From Microbacteriaceae bacterium (GTDB lineage Bacteria > Actinomycetota > Actinomycetes > Actinomycetales > Microbacteriaceae), in contig JAPSJW010000006.1 in NCBI GenBank assembly GCA_031177985.1, forward strand, positions 46,047-110,046: DNA of 64,000 nt, read 5' to 3'. Positions 11,722 to 18,903 of this stretch are shown piece by piece (the first letter of the stretch is position 1; each line of letters opens with the position of its first letter). The notes under the pieces were generated by a model, which was given only the letters and a program-made list of their open reading frames with translations, searched no databases and was not told where the DNA came from. A program made the translations under genes and the position numbers.

Positions 11722-12152
11722 GCCGCGGTCTTCTCCCGCACCTGGCGCTTGATGCGCCCCAGCATCGCCGTCATGCCGCGGATGCGGAGCGGGCTGACCG
11801 CCTCGGTGAGGCCCAGCGTGTGCGGGTAATCGGCGGGCACGTCCAGGACCTGTTCGGGCGTGAGCCCGGTGAGCCCCTGAGCGAGGATCGAGGCGAAACC
11901 GCGGGTCGTCGGCGCCTCGGCGGGCGCGGTCGCGTGCATGCGCACGACGCCGTCCTCCACCTCGACGAAGATGTAGACCGGCGACTGGCACTCCTCGACC
12001 CGCTCCAGCAGGTCGGGATGCTCGCTGTACCGCTCAGGCAGCCCGGGCAGCTCGTTCGAGAACTCCAGCAGCAGCTGGAGCCTGTCGCGCTGGCCGAGGG
12101 CGAGGAAGTCGTCGCGGATCTCAGCGAGCGGTGCGGGGAGATCGCTGCTCAC
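11718..12152 (-). CDS. sufE: SufE family cysteine desulfuration (sulfur acceptor) protein
   Basis: 144 aa. Conserved acceptor Cys context VEECQSPVYIFVE, and the C-terminal SPLRIRGMTAMLGRIK typical of SufE/CsdE. Confidence 0.88.
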   Translation of the reverse strand: MSSDLPAPLAEIRDDFLALGQRDRLQLLLEFSNELPGLPERYSEHPDLLERVEECQSPVYIFVEVEDGVVRMHATAPAEAPTTRGFASILAQGLTGLTPEQVLDVPADYPHTLGLTEAVSPLRIRGMTAMLGRIKRQVREKTAA

Positions 12153-12164
12153 GGCATCCGCCCG

Positions 12165-13067
12165 TCAGCGTGCGGGGACCTCGCCCGGCTCGGTGCCTCG
12201 GGCGATCGGGACGCGGACTGCGCTGCCCCATTCCGTCCACGAGCCGTCATAGTTCCGAACCCCTTCGAAGCCGAGCAGGTGAGTGAGCACGAACCAGGTG
12301 TGGCTCGAGCGCTCACCGATCCGGCAATAGGCGATGACGTTATCACCGTCGGCCAGGCCCGCGCCGTCCCGGTAGATGGCGTTCAGCTCGCTGAGCGGCT
12401 TGAAGGTGCCGTCCTCGGCGGCGGCCTTGCCCCACGGCACGTTCTGGGCGCTCGGGATGTGCCCGGCGCGCAGTGCGCCCTCCTCGGGGTAGGCGGGCGC
12501 GGTGGTCCGCTCGCCGCTGTACTCCTCGGGCGAGCGCACGTCGATCAGCGGAGCGCTGCCGAGCGCGGCCAGCACGTCGTCCCTGAAGGCACGGATGCGG
12601 GAGTCGTCGCGCTCCACCACGGGGTAGTCGACGGCGGGACGCTCGGTCGGCTCGGTGGTGGTGGGCCGGCCCTCGGCGAGCCACTTGTCGCGGCCGCCGT
12701 CGAGCAGGCGCACGTCCTCGTGGCCGAACAGCGTGAACACCCAGAGGGCGTAGGCCGCCCACCAGTTGTTCTTGTCGCCGTAGATGACGACGGTGTCGTC
12801 GCGCGAGATGCCCTTGCCGCCGAGCAGAGCGGCGAAGCCCTCGCCGTCGACGTAGTCGCGGGTGACCGGATCGTTGAGGTCCGTGTGCCAGTCGATCTTG
12901 ACCGCGCCGGGGATGTGGCCGGTCTCGTAGAGCAGCACGTCCTCATCGGATTCGACCACGACAAGACCCTCGGCGCCGAGTTTCGATTCGAGCCACTCGG
13001 TGCTGACGAGACGCTCAGGGTGGGCGTAGTCGGAGAACTGGGCGGACTGGTCGACCTCGACGGCCAT
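12165..13067 (-). CDS. sseA: thiosulfate sulfurtransferase (tandem rhodanese, SseA/CysA-like)
   Basis: Two rhodanese domains with the active-site loop [14 protein letters not shown] 13067 is preceded by AGGAGG with a 6-nt spacer; the track start at 13073 is a TTG two codons upstream. Confidence 0.9.
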   Translation of the reverse strand: MAVEVDQSAQFSDYAHPERLVSTEWLESKLGAEGLVVVESDEDVLLYETGHIPGAVKIDWHTDLNDPVTRDYVDGEGFAALLGGKGISRDDTVVIYGDKNNWWAAYALWVFTLFGHEDVRLLDGGRDKWLAEGRPTTTEPTERPAVDYPVVERDDSRIRAFRDDVLAALGSAPLIDVRSPEEYSGERTTAPAYPEEGALRAGHIPSAQNVPWGKAAAEDGTFKPLSELNAIYRDGAGLADGDNVIAYCRIGERSSHTWFVLTHLLGFEGVRNYDGSWTEWGSAVRVPIARGTEPGEVPAR

Positions 13068-13212
13068 GTGCAACCTCCTGCTTGGGTGTCGGGAACGGGT
13101 GGTTCCCTGCGGGACTAGTCTGGTCGGCGAGCCCCGCCTCTCTCGACCATACGCATCCTCGCGCAGGCCGCGCAGGGCATCCGCAACAGTTCGACACGAT
13201 CCCCGAGGACCC

Positions 13213-14232
13213 GTGACCCCCGATTCCTCCGGCGCCGCAGCGCGTCTCGTCGACCGCTTCCCGGAGCTGAGCGCTCAGGCGATCGTCTCGCACCTCGTGC
13301 CTCCGCGGCAGTTCGCCGACGCGAGCTTCGAGAGCTACCGCCCCGACCGCGACTATCCCTCCCAGGGCGCCGCCCTCGCCGCGGTGCGCACCCTCGCGCA
13401 GAGCTGGACCTCCCGCGGCGGCGGCGGGCTGTTCTCCCGCCGGAAGCAGCCCGAGACGCTGCCGGGGGTCTACCTCGACGGCGGGTTCGGCGTCGGCAAG
13501 ACGCACCTGCTCGCGGCGCTCTGGCACGCGGCGCCCGGACGCAAGTACTTCGGCACCTTCATCGAGTACACGGCCCTGGTCGGCGCGGTCGGCTACGCGA
13601 CGGCGGTCGACCTGCTGAAGGGCGCGACCCTCGTGGCCATCGACGAGTTCGAGCTCGACGACCCAGGCGACACCATGATCATGACCAGGCTGCTCGGAGA
13701 GCTGGCCGCGTCGGGCTCGAAGCTCGCGGCCACCTCCAACACCCCGCCGAACGCGCTCGGCGAGGGACGATTCGCGGCGCAGGACTTCCTCCGCGAGATC
13801 CAGTCGCTCGCCTCGAAGTTCACGACGATCCGCATCGACGGCCTCGACTACCGGCACCGCGACGCCGCCGGCGCGGCCACGGCGCTCACCGAGGAGCAGC
13901 TCGTCGTCGCGGCCTCCGGAGCGGAACGGCGCACCGAGGACGACTTCGACGCTCTCATCGCGCATCTCGCCGACGTGCATCCTTCGCGCTACGTCGAGCT
14001 CGTCGCGGGCCTCGACGCGGTCGTTCTCCGCGAGGTCCACCCGTTCACCAGTCAGACGGATGCCCTGCGATTCGTCGCGTTCGTCGACCGGCTCTACGAC
14101 GCCCAGGTGCGGGTGCTCGCGACGGGCACCCCCTTCGACCAGGTCTTCCCCGAGGAGATGCTCGGGGGCGGCTACCGCAAGAAGTACCTGAGGGCGACCT
14201 CGAGGCTGGTGGCGCTCACCGCGCCGCGCTGA
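13213..14232 (+). CDS. zapE: cell division protein ZapE / AFG1-family ATPase
   Basis: Walker [15 protein letters not shown] and Walker [15 protein letters not shown]. The likely start is GTG 13213 ([16 protein letters not shown]); the upstream 49 codons of the track ORF are R/P-rich and cross the sseA start region. Confidence 0.85.
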   Translation: MTPDSSGAAARLVDRFPELSAQAIVSHLVPPRQFADASFESYRPDRDYPSQGAALAAVRTLAQSWTSRGGGGLFSRRKQPETLPGVYLDGGFGVGKTHLLAALWHAAPGRKYFGTFIEYTALVGAVGYATAVDLLKGATLVAIDEFELDDPGDTMIMTRLLGELAASGSKLAATSNTPPNALGEGRFAAQDFLREIQSLASKFTTIRIDGLDYRHRDAAGAATALTEEQLVVAASGAERRTEDDFDALIAHLADVHPSRYVELVAGLDAVVLREVHPFTSQTDALRFVAFVDRLYDAQVRVLATGTPFDQVFPEEMLGGGYRKKYLRATSRLVALTAPR

Positions 14233-14241
14233 GGTCGCAGC

Positions 14242-15390
14242 TCAGGCGGCCTCGACCTCGGCGGCGACCCGGCGGTAGTGCCGGGAGCGCCACACCGTGA
14301 CGACGGTGCCCAGCAGTGCCGCGACCAGCGACCCGGCGAGCACCCCTAGCGTTCCCTCTGCGGCGATCGTCGGTTCCGTCTCGAACGCCAGCTCGTTCAT
14401 CAGGAGAGACACGGTGAACCCGATCCCGCCGAGGGTCGCAACCACCAGGATGTCTCCGAGCGGCATGTCGTCCGAGCTCTCGAGAGTCAGTCGGGACGAG
14501 ATCCAGGCGCCGGCGGTGATGCCGATCAGCTTGCCGACCGGAAGCGCGATCAGGATGCCCCAGAACACCGGGTCGAGCTCCGCGATCGAGATGCCCGGGT
14601 ACGGCACGAGCGCCGCGACGAAGGCGAAGACCGGGAGGATGAACGCGTTCGACCAGGGCTCGAGCGCGTGCCGCGTCGTGGCGGCGCGGCCCCTCGCCAT
14701 GACCAGTCCGAGGGCGACGCCGGCGATGGTCGCGTGCACGCCAGAGGAGTAGACGAGCGCCCAGGCCGTGACGCCCAGCACGATGAGCACGGGGAGAAGC
14801 GCCGCACGGGAGCGGATGCGCGCGCTCGCGAAGGCGAACAGGGCGACCACCGGAGCCGAGAGCAGCAGCGGCAGCGGCTGAAGGTCGGTCGTGAAGAAGG
14901 TCGCGATGATCAGGATGGCGATCAGGTCGTCGATGACGGCGAGAGCCAGCAGGAGGGCGCGCACGCGCGGGGGGAGTCCCCGCCCGACGAGGGCGAGGAC
15001 CCCGAGGGCGAACGCGATGTCCGTCGCCGTGGGGATCGGCCATCCGTCGGCGTGCGGGGTGCCCACTCCGACGACGAGAAGGAACAGCGCGGCCGGAACG
15101 ACGACTCCGCCGAGGGCAGCCACCCCGGGCACGATGGCCTTGCGGGTCGAGGCGAGCTCGCCCTCGGTCAGTTCGTGGCGCAGCTCGATTGCCGCCAGGA
15201 AGAAGAAGATCGCGAGCAGGCCGTCGGTGACCCAGTGCTCGAGCGTGAGATCGAAGGCGCCGGCTCCGAGGTGCACCTCGACGAACCCGATGAGGCTCTC
15301 GCCCGCGGGCGAGTTGGCGAGGAACAGACCGAGGGCGGCGGCCGCAAGAAGGAGGATGGCGGCAGCTCGCTCAGAGCGGAAGAAGGTCAC
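14242..15390 (-). CDS. nhaA: Na+/H+ antiporter NhaA
   Basis: Polytopic membrane protein. FFRSERAAAILLLAAAALGLFLANSP, FFLAAIELRHEL and IDDLIAILIIA match the NhaA family. GTG 15390 is preceded by GGAGACAGGAG; the track start at 15450 adds 20 R-rich residues. Confidence 0.9.
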   Translation of the reverse strand: MTFFRSERAAAILLLAAAALGLFLANSPAGESLIGFVEVHLGAGAFDLTLEHWVTDGLLAIFFFLAAIELRHELTEGELASTRKAIVPGVAALGGVVVPAALFLLVVGVGTPHADGWPIPTATDIAFALGVLALVGRGLPPRVRALLLALAVIDDLIAILIIATFFTTDLQPLPLLLSAPVVALFAFASARIRSRAALLPVLIVLGVTAWALVYSSGVHATIAGVALGLVMARGRAATTRHALEPWSNAFILPVFAFVAALVPYPGISIAELDPVFWGILIALPVGKLIGITAGAWISSRLTLESSDDMPLGDILVVATLGGIGFTVSLLMNELAFETEPTIAAEGTLGVLAGSLVAALLGTVVTVWRSRHYRRVAAEVEAA

Positions 15391-15549
15391 GAGACTCCTG
15401 TCTCCGCCGCGGCGTCTCCGCGTGCGGGCCGACCAGACTTCCCGGCGCACCGTTCACAAGCCTACCGGGGCCGGCGCCAGTGCCTCGGGCCGTCTCGCAG
15501 ACCTTCAGCAGGGCTGCGAAACACGATGTTTACAACCGCCGCCATCCGT

Positions 15550-15587
15550 GTAACACCGGGGAAACACGGCGACACCTCCCGCGAAAC
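15550..15587 (+). promoter_or_regulatory. candidate GlnR-type operator upstream of amtB (two consecutive a-site/b-site units)
   Basis: GTAAC-n6-GAAAC (15550-15565) is followed by GACAC-n7-GAAAC (15571-15587). The b-sites are 22 bp apart, and a third GAAAC lies at 15518. This matches the published actinobacterial GlnR box pattern gTnAc-n6-GaAAc. The site lies 100-140 bp upstream of the amtB ATG. Confidence 0.4.
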
Positions 15588-15689
15588 ACCGCACCGTCAC
15601 GATGAGTGCCGTACCCGACGCCAGCTCCCGCAATTGCGGGTATCCACCGGCTCGGACTGCGTCCTGTGCGACATTGAGAGAGGTTAGAC

Positions 15690-16952
15690 ATGGATCAAGG
15701 CAACACCGCCTTCCTCCTGATCGCTGCGGCCTTCGTTCTGCTGATGACCCCTGGTCTGGCGTTCTTCTACGGAGGACTCGTCAAGGCCAAGAGCGTCATC
15801 AGCATGATGATGCTCAGCTTCGGAGCACTCGGGCTGATCGGCGTGCTGTGGGTGCTCTACGGCTACGCCATCGCATTCCCGTCCGCTGAGGGGCTCAGCG
15901 CCCCCTGGAGCATCGACTTCGGGGCGATGGGGCTCAACAACCTGCTCGAGACCCCCGAGGGCGCGTCCTACCCGCCGCTCGCGTTCGCCGCCTTCCAGGC
16001 GACCTTCGCCATCCTGACCGTGGCTCTCGTCTCGGGCGCCATCGCCGACCGGGCGAAGTTCGGCGCGTGGCTGATCTTCGCCGGCATCTGGGCGACCGTC
16101 GTCTACTTCCCGGTGGCAAGCTGGGTGTTCAACTTCGGCCTCGCCGAGGACGCGTCGTTCGCCTACGGCGGCTGGATCACCTACGGGCTGCAGGAGGCGT
16201 TCGGAGTCGGTGCGATCGACTTCGCCGGCGGCACCGCGGTGCACATCAACGCGGGTGCGGCGGCTCTCGCCCTGGCGCTCGTGCTCGGCAAGCGCGTCGG
16301 ATTCGCCAAGGGCGCGCACGTGCCTCACAACCCGCCGTTCGTGCTGCTCGGTGCAGGGCTGCTGTGGTTCGGCTGGTTCGGCTTCAACGCCGGCTCTGAG
16401 CTCGCCGCCGACGGCACCGCGGCTCTCGCCTTCGTGAACACGATCGCGGCGCCCGCTGCGGCCCTGCTCGCGTGGCTGGTCGTCGAGAAGCTGAAGGACG
16501 GCAAGGCTACGTCGGTCGGCGCCGCCTCCGGTGCGGTCGCGGGCCTCGTGGCCATCACCCCGGCGTGCGCCTCGCTGCACCCGGTGTGGGCGATCCTGCT
16601 CGGCGTCATCGCGGGTGCGCTCTGCGCCCTCGCGGTGGACCTCAAGTTCAAGCTCGGCTTCGACGACTCGCTCGACGTGGTGGGCATCCACCTCATCGGC
16701 GGCCTGATCGGAACCCTGTACCTCGGCTTCTTCGCCAACGGAACGGGTCTCTTCATGGGCGGCGATGCGACGCAGCTGCTCGTGCAGGCCATCGCGGCCT
16801 TCGCCGTGCTGATCTACTCCTTCGTGCTGGCCTTCGTCATCGGCTTCGCGATCGAGAAGACCATCGGCTTCCGCGTGAAGAACGAGGACGAGCTCGCGGG
16901 CATCGACACCGTCGTGCACGGCGAAGAGGGCTACGTGCTGTCCGACCGCTGA
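15690..16952 (+). CDS. amtB: ammonium transporter (Amt/MEP/Rh family)
   Basis: 420 aa. LMTPGLAFFYGGLV, DFAGGTAVHINAGAAAL (first pore His), WFGWFGFNAGS, and DDSLDVVGIHLIGGLIGT (second pore His). Confidence 0.95.
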   Translation: MDQGNTAFLLIAAAFVLLMTPGLAFFYGGLVKAKSVISMMMLSFGALGLIGVLWVLYGYAIAFPSAEGLSAPWSIDFGAMGLNNLLETPEGASYPPLAFAAFQATFAILTVALVSGAIADRAKFGAWLIFAGIWATVVYFPVASWVFNFGLAEDASFAYGGWITYGLQEAFGVGAIDFAGGTAVHINAGAAALALALVLGKRVGFAKGAHVPHNPPFVLLGAGLLWFGWFGFNAGSELAADGTAALAFVNTIAAPAAALLAWLVVEKLKDGKATSVGAASGAVAGLVAITPACASLHPVWAILLGVIAGALCALAVDLKFKLGFDDSLDVVGIHLIGGLIGTLYLGFFANGTGLFMGGDATQLLVQAIAAFAVLIYSFVLAFVIGFAIEKTIGFRVKNEDELAGIDTVVHGEEGYVLSDR

Positions 16953-16967
16953 CGCGGGTCAGTAAGG

Positions 16968-17000
16968 GAGGGGTGCCACCGGGGCGGGGTGGCACCCCTC
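16968..17000 (+). terminator. stem-loop between amtB and the Amt paralog (perfect 13-bp stem, 7-nt loop)
   Basis: GAGGGGTGCCACC (16968-16980) pairs with GGTGGCACCCCTC (16988-17000), 16 nt after the amtB stop. The following U-tract is weak (TACTGTTG). Confidence 0.55.
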
Positions 17001-17026
17001 TACTGTTGCTGCGGGAAGGAGCGCGC

Positions 17027-18082
17027 ATGATCGAAGCCGATCCGCTCGTCGCGCTCGTCACCGTCCTGGCGGTGCTCGTCGCCCTGCCGGCCAGCGCCGT
17101 GCTCTACGAGCCGCTGCTCGTGCAGGAGCTTCGCCGGAGGTCCGTGCCGGTGACGGCAGCGGTCGCGGTGCTCGCCCTGCTGGGCTGGGGGGTCGCGGTG
17201 CTCGCTCTCCCCGAGGCGCGATCGGCCGGCAGCTGGGCCGTCGCATCCCTCGCGGCCTTCGCGGGCGTCACCAGCGCGTGGGGCATGCGGGAGTCGACCG
17301 CGTCGGTGCTGCCCGTGCTCGCGGCCGTCGTCAGCTGGGGTGTGCTGGTGTTCGCCCCGGTCGCCCTCATCGTCTTCGTCCCCGGCGCGGGGCTCTTCGA
17401 CGGCCCGGTCGTCGACCTCGGGGGAGTGCTGCCCGTGCACATCGCCGGCGGCGCAGCCGTGCTGGGCGTGCTGGCGGCTGATCGACGGCGCGCCCCGGCG
17501 ACTCACCCGCCGCACGCCCCACGGGCTGCCAGCACGATCCTGGCGGCCGTCATGCTGTGGCTGGCGTGGGGCGTCGTGCTCGCCGGCCTCGAGTTCGTGA
17601 TCGACGACGTGACGTGGCGCATCCTCCTCAATGTCGCACTGGCGGGACCCGCGGGGGCCGCCACCTGGCTGCTCGTGCAGCACGCCAGGGAGCACCGCTG
17701 GAGCCTCCACGGCGCGACGTCCGGCCTCGTCTGCGGGCTCGTCGCGGTGACCCCGGGGTGCGCCTTCCTCGATCCGGGGGCCGCGGTCGTCGTGACCGCC
17801 CTCGCCACCGCGGTCGCCGCTCTCGTCGTGCTGCCGCGAGCCCGCCGTTCGGGACGGCTCGCCTGGTTCCTCGTCGGCTCGCATCTCGTCGCGGGAGCCG
17901 TCGGGTTCATCGCCCTGGGCTTCGCGGCGGTGGGCATCGGGTTCATGTACACCGGTCAGCCCGACATCCTCGTGGCGCACCTCGCCGCCGTGCTGGTCGT
18001 CGCGGCATGGTCGGCCGCCCTGGCCGGCACCGCCTGGGTGCTCGCCCGATCGCTCAGCGCGCGGCGGCGTTCTCCTCGATAG
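17027..18082 (+). CDS. divergent, shortened Amt-family membrane protein (paralog of the adjacent amtB)
   Basis: ATG 17027. The 351-aa product aligns by eye to AmtB: VVDLGGVLPVHIAGGAAVLGVL vs IDFAGGTAVHINAGAAALAL; SGLVCGLVAVTPGCAFLDPG vs SGAVAGLVAITPACASLHPV; LVGSHLVAGAVGF vs VVGIHLIGGLIGT. The first 185 codons of track ORF 16472..18082 are amtB read out of frame. Confidence 0.65.
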   Translation: MIEADPLVALVTVLAVLVALPASAVLYEPLLVQELRRRSVPVTAAVAVLALLGWGVAVLALPEARSAGSWAVASLAAFAGVTSAWGMRESTASVLPVLAAVVSWGVLVFAPVALIVFVPGAGLFDGPVVDLGGVLPVHIAGGAAVLGVLAADRRRAPATHPPHAPRAASTILAAVMLWLAWGVVLAGLEFVIDDVTWRILLNVALAGPAGAATWLLVQHAREHRWSLHGATSGLVCGLVAVTPGCAFLDPGAAVVVTALATAVAALVVLPRARRSGRLAWFLVGSHLVAGAVGFIALGFAAVGIGFMYTGQPDILVAHLAAVLVVAAWSAALAGTAWVLARSLSARRRSPR

Positions 18083-18836
18083 CGGCCCTGCCGAGAGCCG
18101 TGCCTCCGGCGACCGCGGCCGGCATGCCGATGACGGCCCCGAGTGGCAGCAGGAAGAGCACGTACGCGGCGGTGCCGAAGCCGAGGGTGCGCCAGCGGCG
18201 AGCGGCCAGCATCCGCCGCTTGTCCCGCAGCCGCAGTCCGCGCGCCTCGAAAGCGAAGCCGGTCAGCTCCAGCCCGAGCAGCCAGCCGCCGACCAGCACT
18301 CCGACGACCGGCACGACGATCTGGCCGACGATCGGGATGAACCCGCCCACGAAGAGCAGCAGGCCGAGCAGCGCGCTCAGCAGCACGAGCCGGATGCCGT
18401 CGCCCACCGCCCTGCCGAACGCTGCCCAGGGACCGCCCTGCGGCTCCTCGGGCGGCGAGCCGAGTCGGTGCTCGGTGACCTGCGCGATGCGCTCGTAGAA
18501 CGGGCTGCCCACCGCGAGGGTCACCGCGGCGAAGGTGAAGACGAGCACCAGCGCACCGGCCGCGACGAGGGCGAAACCGGTGAAGATGCGGAACAGGGAC
18601 CGGAACGGCTCCGTCCAGTCCGCCGCGAACGGAGTGATCCACCCGACGAGCGGGTCGAGGTTCATGAGCAGCACCAGGATGAGCACGAGATACAGCGTGC
18701 CGACGATCACTGCCGGGATGAGGCCGAGGAGCACCGCGCCCGGGTCGGTCGCCCAGAGGCGGAATCCGCGCATCAGGGCGCCGACACCGGTGAAGAACTC
18801 GGAGGCGCGACGACGGACCGGTTCGGCGGCGCTCAT
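18054..18836 (-). CDS. EI24 / CysZ-like domain membrane protein
   Basis: 260 aa with multiple TM helices. The N-terminal pattern FFTGVGALMRGFRLWATDPGAVLLGLIPAVIV and the overall architecture match EI24-domain (CysZ-like) proteins. Confidence 0.75.
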   Translation of the reverse strand: MSAAEPVRRRASEFFTGVGALMRGFRLWATDPGAVLLGLIPAVIVGTLYLVLILVLLMNLDPLVGWITPFAADWTEPFRSLFRIFTGFALVAAGALVLVFTFAAVTLAVGSPFYERIAQVTEHRLGSPPEEPQGGPWAAFGRAVGDGIRLVLLSALLGLLLFVGGFIPIVGQIVVPVVGVLVGGWLLGLELTGFAFEARGLRLRDKRRMLAARRWRTLGFGTAAYVLFLLPLGAVIGMPAAVAGGTALGRAAIEENAAAR

Positions 18837-18903
18837 GGTTCGAGCCTAGGGGGAGGCCGCGCGATCGGCGATCACCGGCCCGCCCCCCGACTCAGCCTCC
18901 GAC

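Noticed and set aside
15518-15587. Three GAAACAC repeats, considered as a micro-CRISPR or tandem repeat element.
   Set aside because: The repeats are only 7 nt, the spacing is 43 and 22 bp, and there are no longer repeat units or cas genes. A transcription-factor (GlnR-type) site explains them better and is reported as such.
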